A stretch of 64,000 bases of DNA, taken from positions 9,337 to 73,336 of the forward strand of contig CANKQY010000004.1 of NCBI GenBank assembly GCA_947485745.1, in the 5' to 3' direction. The DNA is from Bacteroidota bacterium (lineage in GTDB: Bacteria > Bacteroidota > Bacteroidia > UKL13-3). The notes under the pieces are model-generated. The model saw nothing but the letters and a program-made list of their open reading frames with translations. It did not search any database and was not told the DNA's origin. Each line of letters opens with the position of its first letter. Positions within the stretch are counted from its first letter, which is position 1. Below, in pieces: positions 10,074 through 19,579 of the stretch. A program made the translations under genes and the position numbers.

Positions 10074-10865
10074 TTAAATCGCCAAATCCTTTACATGGCT
10101 AATTTTTGTAATAGAAACCTGACTATTTACCAATACTTTCACAAAATAATATCCTTGGCTCAATTGCGATATATTCAGGCTTATAACATCACCACCACTC
10201 TTAATTTCTTGTCCATTAAGTTGCATCACATTTACACCCAATATATCAAAAAGTTGAATACAAACAATTGTTGATTTTTTTAGGTTCAAACCAATATTTA
10301 GTTGGTTGCTTAAAGGATTAGGGTAAACAGTAATATCGGAAGGTGATAACTTTTCTTCTATACCGTTTGCGGCTAATGCACTTGAAATTGCATTACGAAG
10401 ATTGACTGCATTTAAACCATTGTCTTGCATAAATAATACAGAATGGGAAGCACCTGCTATCATAACAATTTTTGGCATTCCACTGCCCCCAAAATCAGAT
10501 TGTTTTACGCTTGTATTTGAAATAATAGGAACTCCCGAAATGGCATATTGATTTGCCCAACTGCTCAAAGAGGTACAATTCGTTCCTCCATCATCATCTG
10601 TTAAATAAAACAAAACCCTTCCAGGATTTGAAGTAGCAAAACTATTCACCACATCAATAGCACTTTTTGTAGGAGATACGCATGATCCACATGGGTGAAC
10701 CATAGACATAACAACTATTTTTCCGGCATCTAACTCAGTATATAAATGGCGATTAACACCACCACAATCTAACACATTAAAATCTACGGCAGTTTGCGAC
10801 CAACCTGAGCTTATAGAAATTAAAAGGAAAAATTGGAAGGTAAAAAAGTGATACATGTTTTTCAT
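10074..10865 (-). CDS. T9SS-sorted secreted protein with a thioredoxin-like CxxC region
   Basis: Signal peptide; VVMSMVHPCGSCVSPTKS (CxxC); C-terminal T9SS sorting domain (ITVYPNPLSNQLNIGLNL...GYYFVKVLV). Confidence 0.65.
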   Translation of the reverse strand: MKNMYHFFTFQFFLLISISSGWSQTAVDFNVLDCGGVNRHLYTELDAGKIVVMSMVHPCGSCVSPTKSAIDVVNSFATSNPGRVLFYLTDDDGGTNCTSLSSWANQYAISGVPIISNTSVKQSDFGGSGMPKIVMIAGASHSVLFMQDNGLNAVNLRNAISSALAANGIEEKLSPSDITVYPNPLSNQLNIGLNLKKSTIVCIQLFDILGVNVMQLNGQEIKSGGDVISLNISQLSQGYYFVKVLVNSQVSITKISHVKDLAI

Positions 10866-11203
10866 AATTTAACAAATTATATTACGAATATATGGTTTAA
10901 ATAGAAATCAACTATTATACTTTTTTAGGGCTTCCGTTCAAACAACCTTAATTGGCGTTCTACAAAAATGGTACAAATGGCAAACCCTATTGCAAAATAA
11001 CTCACAACATTCTATCCTTGAAAGGTGCCATCGGGCATTTTGGGAAAAAGTGTGCCTGCAAAATAAGATGCAAAGCCAGCTGTTAATTACTGGAAGAAGT
11101 CGCTAATGCTCATAAAACTGCCCCGCAAGGCTGGCTTTTCAGAATTGAGAATTATTTAAATGAACAAACACGGTTACCCTAATATTCCATAAAATAACAT
11201 TTT

Positions 11204-12718
11204 CTATTTTAAACTTTTCTTTTGATTACTTTGAAATTCTTGAAGGATTGTATTAATTCTTATTAACTTATTTTTGATAATAGGCTTGGCAATAGAACAA
11301 TGACCAAAAATTAAACCTTGCTCAGTGGAGTTATTAGTAAACGACTTATTAAAGGAATGAACACTAATATTATTTTTACTCAATAAACTTACAATTTCTT
11401 TGTCGACGATACTAGATTTAATCATAACCAAGGATTGAAGACTTAATGTGTCGCTATGAATGAGATTAAACCCAAATCCTTTTAAAATTTGATTGAATTG
11501 CTCCTCAAAAAACAACTTTCTCTCTTTGGTTATTGTTATTAAATTATCGAGGTGTACATGCAGTACTTTTTTTTCAATAAATTGGTTCAAAACGTATTGA
11601 ATTGAAGGAGAAACAAATCGATGGGAATGTTTCACCATTAACTCAAATGGTAGCCTTAAGTTATGTGGAACAATAATATAGCCTATTCTCAACGATGGGT
11701 GCAGGATGCGATTAAAGGTACCAAGGTAAATGGTCTTTTGCCGTTGGTCGAGGCTAAACAAGGAAGGTAGCTTATTGTCCCAATTATTGAGCTCATGTTC
11801 ATAATCATTTTCAATTATGTAGCTTTGGTTCTCCTCAGCATACTGCAATAAATCGAGCCTTCTATCCAAAGGCATTTTAACACCCATCGGATAATGACAA
11901 GAAGGGGTTACATGAATCAATTTAGATGCTAGTTTTGATTGTCGCATAAAATCAACACTTATCCCCTTTTTATCAATTGGAACTCCCAAAATATTTGCCA
12001 TTAATCCTTTAAAAACTGCATGAACATTAGGAAATGTTGGATTTTCAAGAATTACATTATCACGGGGATTTAACAAGATACTACTCAAAATAAACAAGGA
12101 TTGCATAGATCCCGAAACAATAAAAACTTGGCTTGGTTCACAATTAATATTTCTAGTGAGATTGAGATAATTTGAAATGTTTAATTTCAATTTTTCTAAA
12201 CCTGATGATGGCGAATACGATAAATTTGAAAACTCAACCTCCTTCCAATACATATTGGTTAAATTCTTCCATTGTGAAATTGGAAATATATCTAATGGAG
12301 GCAAACCCGGACTAAACGCTAAATTTTCGGCACTGTTCGAAACATTGAAATTACCTAAATCCAAAAACGATTTTCCAATCTCAGATAACTGTTGGTAATC
12401 AATTTCATTGCTTTGAGGAACTATAATTGGTCTAGGTGCAATTGGCTTTAATTGGTAACCAGAATTTCTTTTAGAAATAAGCAAACCATCTAAAACTAGA
12501 ATGTCATAGGCTTTTATAACCGTGCTTCTTGAAATGCCTAAAGCCTGAGCCAATGTTCTTGTTGGAGGCAATGTATAATTATCTGGAATCTCTGTTTTGA
12601 TAATCATTTTGTACAACATCTTGTAAACCTTGATATACAACTTTTCGCCCTTTGAGAGCTTTGAATTTACAACATTCTTGTTGTAGTCGTCCACAATTTT
12701 TTTTAGCAAAACCGACAT
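11204..12718 (-). CDS. MocR/GabR-type regulator (GntR winged helix fused to a PLP aminotransferase-like domain)
   Basis: N-terminal GntR helix-turn-helix (LPPTRTLAQALGISRSTVIKAYDILVLDGLL) followed by about 380 aa of fold-type I aminotransferase-like sequence. It is divergent from the 12825-22349 operon. Confidence 0.8.
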   Translation of the reverse strand: MSVLLKKIVDDYNKNVVNSKLSKGEKLYIKVYKMLYKMIIKTEIPDNYTLPPTRTLAQALGISRSTVIKAYDILVLDGLLISKRNSGYQLKPIAPRPIIVPQSNEIDYQQLSEIGKSFLDLGNFNVSNSAENLAFSPGLPPLDIFPISQWKNLTNMYWKEVEFSNLSYSPSSGLEKLKLNISNYLNLTRNINCEPSQVFIVSGSMQSLFILSSILLNPRDNVILENPTFPNVHAVFKGLMANILGVPIDKKGISVDFMRQSKLASKLIHVTPSCHYPMGVKMPLDRRLDLLQYAEENQSYIIENDYEHELNNWDNKLPSLFSLDQRQKTIYLGTFNRILHPSLRIGYIIVPHNLRLPFELMVKHSHRFVSPSIQYVLNQFIEKKVLHVHLDNLITITKERKLFFEEQFNQILKGFGFNLIHSDTLSLQSLVMIKSSIVDKEIVSLLSKNNISVHSFNKSFTNNSTEQGLIFGHCSIAKPIIKNKLIRINTILQEFQSNQKKSLK

Positions 12719-12751
12719 AATTGGTATTCTTTTAATTAAATAATTGGTATG
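12719..12751. promoter_or_regulatory. Direct repeat AATTGGTAT x2 (23-bp period), candidate MocR operator
   Basis: AATTGGTAT is at 12719-12727 and 12742-12750, directly abutting the MocR start codon. TGGTAT is the complement of the ATACCA box that I recall for B. subtilis GabR. Confidence 0.4.
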
Positions 12752-12824
12752 CCAAATATAGCTTTTTCAACTATTAATTTGAGGTAATATTTAGAACTTA
12801 TTTTAAAACTAAATTCATATTAAA

Positions 12825-14762
12825 ATGAAAAAACTTGTCATCCTATTCCTGTTGTCATTCATTTTTGGAGGAAATTTAAGGGCTCAACTTATTATCAATG
12901 AAGTTTTGTACGATCCATCAAACATAGGCTTAGCAGGAGATGCAAATGGAAATGGCGTTTATGGCCAAACTGAAGATGAATTCATTGAATTGTTAAACTA
13001 TGGAACCTCTAGCCTCAATGTAAGTGGATTTCAAATATGGGATGATACTTTAATAGGAACAATGGTATACAAAATTCCAATGGGTATTATCATCCCAGCA
13101 AATGGTGCTTTGGTAATTTTCGGTGGAGGAACTCCTGTGGGTGGTTTTGGTGGGGCAATAGTATTGGCTGATACTGGCGTTTCTGGTTTAAGTTTTGGTA
13201 ATACTTTAGAAAAAATTGCCATTAGAGATAGTTTAGGAAAAACCATATTATTTTTTGATTCGGATGCCCTTTCTAATAACCCAGACGAGTCTTATACCCG
13301 CTCCCCAGACTTTACCGGTGCATTTGTACAACATGCCTCACTAAACCCTCGCAAATTTTCGCCTGGTACAAAATTAGATGGTAGTCCGTTTTCAATAGGC
13401 TTGGCGAAACAAGTTACCTTTAAAGTAGACCTTAACAAATATCCAGGAAACTTTGATAGTGTATTTGTAAGTGGAATCTTTAATCAATATTGCAATAATT
13501 GCAATCCTATGTATGACAATAACCGAGATGGTTTATGGGAAATTACCATTCCTTTGTCTGTAGATTCTATTGAGTATTTATTCAAATTAAAATCTGGTAG
13601 TAACTACATTCAAGAAAATTTCGTTCTTGCCAACGCCTGCACTAAATCGAATGGCACAATAAATACACGTTACGGTATAATTAAAAAAGATAGCACATTG
13701 AATACTGTTTGTTTTGAATCGTGCACCAGTTGTTCTGGTAATTTGAGTTTAAAGGGAGTAACAGATTTTAAAACACCATTATTAGGTAATTCAGGTAAAT
13801 CCATTCATTTAGTAAACGATTCTATTATTCCAAACTTAAGTATTTATGGCTTGGGCGTGGCAAACAATGGAGGAGGAAGTGATGGCCAAGAATATAGGTT
13901 CCCAAGAATTTCGGTGCCAGCAGGTAACCATATTTTGGTAGTAAGGGATAGTGCTGGTATGGCTGCTTATTTGAGTAGCTGTTGGACCTCATTTAATTTG
14001 GTTTTGATTGACTCAATAGGAATAATTAACCAAAATGGAAATGATGCAGTTGAACTTTTTAAAGTAGGCGATATTGTTGAAACTTTTGGGGATGCTAACC
14101 AAGACGGACTAGGCAAACCATGGGAATATACGGGTTCATGGGCCTATAAAAATAATTCAGGTGTTTGGACCTATGGAGGAATTAATTGCACCGATAGTAG
14201 CACAACTACTTATAATTCTAAATGCATTTATCCAATATGCGCGGCTATTAAAATAAGTTCCATAATAGTGGAAGGAGAAGGAAACGTTTCAACTATAACT
14301 CAAAATGCAGGTACCTTAAAAATGATTGAAACTGTATTACCTGCTAATGCCGGCAACAAATCTATTTCTTGGTCGGTTGACAATACTAGCTTAGCCACTA
14401 TTAATACCTTTGGCATTTTAACTGCAAAGGCAAATGGCGAGGTAAATGTAAAAGCAACGGCTTTAGATGGCAGTGGCATATTTGGAACCAAGAAAATTAC
14501 CATAACAGGGCAGGCTAATTCAATTGCCGAATTGAATAAAGTTTCGGTTAAAATATATCCTAACCCAATTGAAAATATTTTATATATAGAATCTGTTGAA
14601 ACTATCAACGAATTCAAAATTTATTCTATTGATGGAAAACTAATCTTGAATGAAAAAGTTTCAAAAAATCAAATTAACCTGAGCGAGCTTTCTACTGGTG
14701 CATACTTTATTGAATTTAAAATAGATGAATATTTAAGTAGCTACAAGTTCATCAAAAACTAA
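12825..14762 (+). CDS. T9SS-sorted multidomain surface protein: lamin-tail domain (LTD), CBM-like module, second LTD-like module, Big_2, C-terminal sorting domain
   Basis: LTD signature LIINEVLYDPSN...GDANGNGVYGQTEDEFIELLN...ESYTRSPD...KFSPGTK. Big_2-like ITQNAGTLKMIETVLPANAGNKSISWSV. T9SS CTD VKIYPNPIENILYIES...GAYFIEF. Confidence 0.7.
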   Translation: MKKLVILFLLSFIFGGNLRAQLIINEVLYDPSNIGLAGDANGNGVYGQTEDEFIELLNYGTSSLNVSGFQIWDDTLIGTMVYKIPMGIIIPANGALVIFGGGTPVGGFGGAIVLADTGVSGLSFGNTLEKIAIRDSLGKTILFFDSDALSNNPDESYTRSPDFTGAFVQHASLNPRKFSPGTKLDGSPFSIGLAKQVTFKVDLNKYPGNFDSVFVSGIFNQYCNNCNPMYDNNRDGLWEITIPLSVDSIEYLFKLKSGSNYIQENFVLANACTKSNGTINTRYGIIKKDSTLNTVCFESCTSCSGNLSLKGVTDFKTPLLGNSGKSIHLVNDSIIPNLSIYGLGVANNGGGSDGQEYRFPRISVPAGNHILVVRDSAGMAAYLSSCWTSFNLVLIDSIGIINQNGNDAVELFKVGDIVETFGDANQDGLGKPWEYTGSWAYKNNSGVWTYGGINCTDSSTTTYNSKCIYPICAAIKISSIIVEGEGNVSTITQNAGTLKMIETVLPANAGNKSISWSVDNTSLATINTFGILTAKANGEVNVKATALDGSGIFGTKKITITGQANSIAELNKVSVKIYPNPIENILYIESVETINEFKIYSIDGKLILNEKVSKNQINLSELSTGAYFIEFKIDEYLSSYKFIKN

Positions 14763-14782
14763 AGATTCACAAACAAAATATC

Positions 14783-15742
14783 ATGAAAATATATAACCTA
14801 ATTTTACCCGCCATTGTAATCGGAATGCTTGTTGGTGCTTGTAAAACAGATGATGTTAAACCTAAAGTAATTCCAAATACAGGAAGCTTGGTTACTTTAT
14901 CAGTCGACAATTCAAGCATTTCTGAAAGCGGAGGTTCAGCCCAAATTTCTGTAACTCTTTCACAGGTAACCAATATTGATGTAACAGTAAAATTTGCCTA
15001 TGCTGGTACTGCAACCCTAAACACTGATTACAGCTCAAATTTAAGTATCACAATACCTGCAGGAAGTGTTTCCAATTCCTCTACTCTACTTGCTAATCAA
15101 GACACCCTAAAAGAAGGTAACGAAATTATTAAAATTACCATTGATTCTATTATAAACGGAATTGAAGATGGCAATCAATCTATTGAAATAACCATTGAAG
15201 ATGATGATGTTCCTGCAACCGCAAATATTATTTTAAATGAAATCTTGTACGACCCATCCAATACGGCTTTAGAGGGAGATGCAAATGGCGATGGCGTATA
15301 TGCCCAAGCCGCAGATGAGTTTATTGAATTGATAAACAATTCGAATGCGGCAATTGATTTAAGCGGTTTTAAAGTTTTTGACGCTGGTGGTTTAAGCTCA
15401 GGAACTCCTAACCATACCATACCAAGCGGAACTATATTACAACCCAAAAAAGCATTGGTTATTTTTGGAGGAGGAAACCCAACTGGTACTTTTGGTGGTG
15501 CTTTGGTTCAAAAATCTACTTCTGGCGATTTAAACCTAAACAATGCTGGTGACATTTTAACCATTCAAGATAGCTCGGGCTATGTGGTGATATCATACGA
15601 CATCACCCCTCTATCAGATAACCCAAATGAGTCATATACCCGAAGCCCTGATATCACCGGAGGCTTTGAGCAACATAGTAAAGTAACTACTACCAAATTC
15701 TCCCCTGGAACAAAATCTGATGCGGCGGCTAGTCCGTTTTAA
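14783..15742 (+). CDS. Lipoprotein with a Calx-beta-like module and a lamin-tail domain
   Basis: Lipobox IGMLVGAC. Calx-beta-like ISESGGSAQISVTLSQVTNIDVTVKFAYAGTATLNTDY. The LTD is paralogous to the previous gene (ILNEILYDPSNTALEGDANGDGVYAQAADEFIELIN...ESYTRSPD...KFSPGTK). Confidence 0.65.
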   Translation: MKIYNLILPAIVIGMLVGACKTDDVKPKVIPNTGSLVTLSVDNSSISESGGSAQISVTLSQVTNIDVTVKFAYAGTATLNTDYSSNLSITIPAGSVSNSSTLLANQDTLKEGNEIIKITIDSIINGIEDGNQSIEITIEDDDVPATANIILNEILYDPSNTALEGDANGDGVYAQAADEFIELINNSNAAIDLSGFKVFDAGGLSSGTPNHTIPSGTILQPKKALVIFGGGNPTGTFGGALVQKSTSGDLNLNNAGDILTIQDSSGYVVISYDITPLSDNPNESYTRSPDITGGFEQHSKVTTTKFSPGTKSDAAASPF

Positions 15743-15756
15743 TTAATAACTTCAAT

Positions 15757-17133
15757 ATGATACAATATTTAGGTTTAATCATCTCTATTGGGGTAATTGC
15801 AATTGTTGCTAGATTATTATTAAAAGAGTATTTCCCACAAACAGTATTGCTCATTGCAGGAATTGCTTTGCTATTATTATCAAGCAGTGTAAATAACAAT
15901 GTAACTCCTCAAGGACAAGTAACTGAAAAGGGCCTATTCAAAATCCTAGATTACATTATAAATCAATTTTCAAATACCAATGCTGGTGTTGGATTAATGA
16001 TCATGACCATTGGTGGTTTTGTGGCTTACATGGATAAAATTGGTGCCTCGGAAGCCTTGGTTAGAGTAGCATTAAAACCCTTAGGTATTTTGAAAAAGTA
16101 TCCAAATTTTGCAGCTGTGGCAATTATTCCCATTGGGCAACTCATTTTTATTTGCGTGCCTTCTGCCGCAGGTTTTGGATTGTTATTAATGGCTTCCGTT
16201 TTCCCTATTCTTGTAAATTTAGGGGTAAGCAGACTTGCAGCGGTTTCTATCATTACAGGTTGTACCTCTTTTTGTATTGGTCCCTCATCGGTGATTACAG
16301 CCTCGGCTGTTCAAATTGCTCAAATTGAAACATTGCCCTATTTTCTTTACTCCCAAATTCCTATTGCCATTATCTTAAATGTGGTTTTAATGGTTTCCTA
16401 TTTTTTTGTTAACAGGTACTACAATGAGAAAGACAAGTTAATGCCAATAGTTGTAAAGAGTATTGAGAAAACTAGTAATGAAGCGCATTGGATCTATGCC
16501 TTACTGCCTATTTTACCCTTGATTTTGCTTCTCTCCTTTTCTGGAGTCTTTACTTTGTTTCCTATTAAATTAAAAGTTGAAACAACCACAGCCATGCTAT
16601 TTAGTTTGTTTGTAGGTATGCTCTTTGAACTCATAAGAACAAAAAACATAAAAGCAGTATTTTCTTCTTTCAAAGTATTTTTAGATGGTATGGGTGATAT
16701 CTTTAAATCGGTTGTAACCCTAATTATTGTTGCAGAGATTTTTGCGAACGGATTAATCTCCATGGGCTTTATGGACGGACTAATTTCAATTTCTCAAAAC
16801 ATAGGCTTTGGTGCAGTTGGGATTGGTATTATCATGACTATTATGATTTTCTTAGCTGCCTTATTAATGGGTAGTGGCAATGCAGCATTTTTTGCATTTG
16901 GTCCGCTTATCCCAAATGTGGCTGCAAAATTTGGTGTTCCAAGTACATCCATATTATTACCAATGAACTTATCTGCTTCTATGGGAAGGGCTATTAGTCC
17001 TATTGCAGGAGTTTTAATTGCCACTGCAAATGTTGCAGGTGTGCCCGTAATGGAAATTGTAAAAAGAAACTTGATTCCAGTTCTTTCTGTTTTAATTACC
17101 TTACTAATTTATCATTTTGGATTATGCTTTTAA
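15757..17133 (+). CDS. DcuC-family (C4-dicarboxylate anaerobic carrier-like) transporter
   Basis: 458 aa with about 12 hydrophobic helices. Its length and general pattern resemble DcuC/YfcC-type carriers. Confidence 0.55.
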   Translation: MIQYLGLIISIGVIAIVARLLLKEYFPQTVLLIAGIALLLLSSSVNNNVTPQGQVTEKGLFKILDYIINQFSNTNAGVGLMIMTIGGFVAYMDKIGASEALVRVALKPLGILKKYPNFAAVAIIPIGQLIFICVPSAAGFGLLLMASVFPILVNLGVSRLAAVSIITGCTSFCIGPSSVITASAVQIAQIETLPYFLYSQIPIAIILNVVLMVSYFFVNRYYNEKDKLMPIVVKSIEKTSNEAHWIYALLPILPLILLLSFSGVFTLFPIKLKVETTTAMLFSLFVGMLFELIRTKNIKAVFSSFKVFLDGMGDIFKSVVTLIIVAEIFANGLISMGFMDGLISISQNIGFGAVGIGIIMTIMIFLAALLMGSGNAAFFAFGPLIPNVAAKFGVPSTSILLPMNLSASMGRAISPIAGVLIATANVAGVPVMEIVKRNLIPVLSVLITLLIYHFGLCF

Positions 17134-18263
17134 TTAAAAACGCAAGTGTTTATGCGCCTAATTTTCTGGGAAAGAAAGATATTCTTACTGGAGCAGGAAA
17201 AATTTTAGCAATAGAGGATGCTATTTTTCAGCCAACTTCTGATTGTATAATTTGGGATGCCAATGAAAAAATAGTTACACCGGGCTTTATCGACCAGCAT
17301 ATCCATATTATTGGTGCTGGTGGAAAACATGGCTTTGGATCAATGACGCCTGAAATCAATTTATCTAGCCTCATTGCTTGCGGCTCAACTACAGTAGTTG
17401 GATTGCTAGGTACTGATGGAGCATCAAGAAGTATCAAGAGTTTATATGCTAAAACAAAGGCACTCGAGAGTGAAGGAATTACTGCCTATATGTTCACTGG
17501 CTATTATGGTTTAGATCCTGTTCATATAACAGGCTCGGTTCAAGACGACATGATTTTTATTGAACCTGTTTTAGGTTGTAAAATTGCCATTAGTGATTTT
17601 AGGTCGTCATATGCTACCGAACTTGATTTGTTAAGAATTTTAAGACAAGTTAAAGTTGGGGGAATGATTGCCAATAAAAAGGGAATTTTACATATTCATT
17701 TAGGCAATCAAAAAATTAAAATGGACATTCTTTTTAAATTGGTGAACGAACATGAATTTCCAATAGCAAATATCTCTCCTACTCATGTAGGAAGAACCAA
17801 GGAGCTTTTTGAACAGGCAATTGAATTTGCCAAACTAGGCGGAATGATAGATTTAACAACTGGCGCATCCAAATATACTGAGCCCTACAAATCTGTTCTG
17901 TATGCCTTAGAAAAAGGTGTATCAATAGACAAAATGACTTTTAGTAGTGATGGAAATGCTGGGCTTGATAAACTTGATGAAAATGGGAATTTAATTGGGT
18001 TCAGAAGAGCCGTGATTGACCAAAATTACTTGCAAGTTAAGGAGCTAATTAATACCAAAGATGTTAAAATTGAAGATGCTATTAAGCTGATAACAAAAAA
18101 TCCTGCAACCAATTTAGGACTAAAAAATAAAGGTATTATTGCTGTAGGTACCGATGCCGATTTCTGCTGCCTAGACCAGGATTTTAATTTAACCGATGTG
18201 TTTGCCAAAGGCAAGCAAATGATGAATGACTCACAAGTTATTGTTAAAGGCCATTTTGAATAA
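17124..18263 (+). CDS. iadA: Isoaspartyl (beta-aspartyl) dipeptidase
   Basis: It is collinear with E. coli IadA as I recall it: PGFIDQHIHIIGAGG, VVGLLGTDG, GCKIAISDFRSS, SPTHVGR, FSSDGNAG and GTDADF. It overlaps the transporter gene by 10 nt. Confidence 0.85.
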   Translation: MLLIKNASVYAPNFLGKKDILTGAGKILAIEDAIFQPTSDCIIWDANEKIVTPGFIDQHIHIIGAGGKHGFGSMTPEINLSSLIACGSTTVVGLLGTDGASRSIKSLYAKTKALESEGITAYMFTGYYGLDPVHITGSVQDDMIFIEPVLGCKIAISDFRSSYATELDLLRILRQVKVGGMIANKKGILHIHLGNQKIKMDILFKLVNEHEFPIANISPTHVGRTKELFEQAIEFAKLGGMIDLTTGASKYTEPYKSVLYALEKGVSIDKMTFSSDGNAGLDKLDENGNLIGFRRAVIDQNYLQVKELINTKDVKIEDAIKLITKNPATNLGLKNKGIIAVGTDADFCCLDQDFNLTDVFAKGKQMMNDSQVIVKGHFE

Positions 18264-18270
18264 CTCTATT

Positions 18271-19572
18271 ATGAATAAAAAATTACTCCTAATACTTTGT
18301 TTAATTTCTATAGGTTTTATAGGGGCTTCACAAAACCCTGTATTAAACAAATACACGTTTGGTGAAGGACTTAACTTCTCTGGAAACAATAAATCCCTTT
18401 ACACCTTAAGCGGATATATTCAACCTTCTATGGAAATTAAAAAATATGCCGCTGATTCAAACACCGACACCTACTACAGATTTAGAATGAGAAGGCTGCG
18501 TATTAGATTTGAGGGAGATTTGCCAAAGTATAAATTAGAATATAGGTTTCAGGTCGACCTTAGTGGAACAGCAGAAATTGGTGATGAAACAAGTTTAGCT
18601 TTATTTGATGCTTGGGTTTCCTATAATCCTTTACCAAACTTAAAAATAAAATTTGGCCAAACCTCTAACCAAACAGAAAACAGGGAGATGTTAATCAACT
18701 CCAATTATTTACAATTACCTGAAAGAAGCAGAGTAACTTCTGCATTTGCTGTTGCCAGAGAATTTGGCATATTTATTTCAACTGAGCACAAGGCAACCAA
18801 TAATTTAATTTTTAAACCTACGGTTTCTCTTACTAATGGAGATGGTCAAAATACATTCAAAAGAAATTATGGTGGCTTTAAATATGGAGGCAGACTAGAT
18901 ATTTTAACTTTTGGAAAATTTACCAATATGGGGCAATTTAGGGAAGCGGATATTGTGAGGGAGCGAACGCCTAAATTAGTAATTGGATTTACCTATAGTA
19001 TGAACAAAGGGGTAAGTAGCAGAAGAGGTGAAGCGGCTGGTGCCATTCTGTATCTTGATAGTGCACAAAACGAAAGTTTACCTGATTATTCAAAATTTGG
19101 AATCGATTTTTTATTTAAATACAGAGGTTTTAGTTTGTTGGGTGAATATGTTCAAAGTAAGGCTAACGTACCTTCTGCTATTACAACAAGGGTAAGAAAT
19201 GATGGAACAACCTCCAATAGCTTTTTAGTAAATGGAGTGCAAGATGTAGATAGTTATGTGAAGGGTAGAATGATGCTTGGAAAAGGTTATAACATTCAAG
19301 CGGGTTATATTCTTAAAAACCAAGTATCTATTGATGCCCGATATACCCACTTAGATGCAGATAAAAATTCATTTATGAATAACCCAATTTATTACAATAG
19401 ACCTAATTATTATACTTTGGGCTTATCAAAATACATTAGCAGAGGTTATGGTTTTAAAATTCAAGCCTCGCTTACTTATGCAGAATTGGCCCCTGGTAGC
19501 CTGGATATATTTGGCAGCGCAATAAATAACAATGAATGGATTGGAAACATTATGGCAACAATTTCATTTTAA
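18271..19572 (+). CDS. OprO/OprP-like (phosphate/anion-selective type) outer-membrane porin
   Basis: The signal peptide starts at the internal MNKKLLLILCLISIGFIGASQ (ATG 18271). LRIRFEGD, FDAWVSYNPLPNLKIKFGQ and a terminal aromatic (ATISF) fit this family. Confidence 0.6.
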   Translation: MNKKLLLILCLISIGFIGASQNPVLNKYTFGEGLNFSGNNKSLYTLSGYIQPSMEIKKYAADSNTDTYYRFRMRRLRIRFEGDLPKYKLEYRFQVDLSGTAEIGDETSLALFDAWVSYNPLPNLKIKFGQTSNQTENREMLINSNYLQLPERSRVTSAFAVAREFGIFISTEHKATNNLIFKPTVSLTNGDGQNTFKRNYGGFKYGGRLDILTFGKFTNMGQFREADIVRERTPKLVIGFTYSMNKGVSSRRGEAAGAILYLDSAQNESLPDYSKFGIDFLFKYRGFSLLGEYVQSKANVPSAITTRVRNDGTTSNSFLVNGVQDVDSYVKGRMMLGKGYNIQAGYILKNQVSIDARYTHLDADKNSFMNNPIYYNRPNYYTLGLSKYISRGYGFKIQASLTYAELAPGSLDIFGSAINNNEWIGNIMATISF

Positions 19573-19579
19573 CTCCAAT

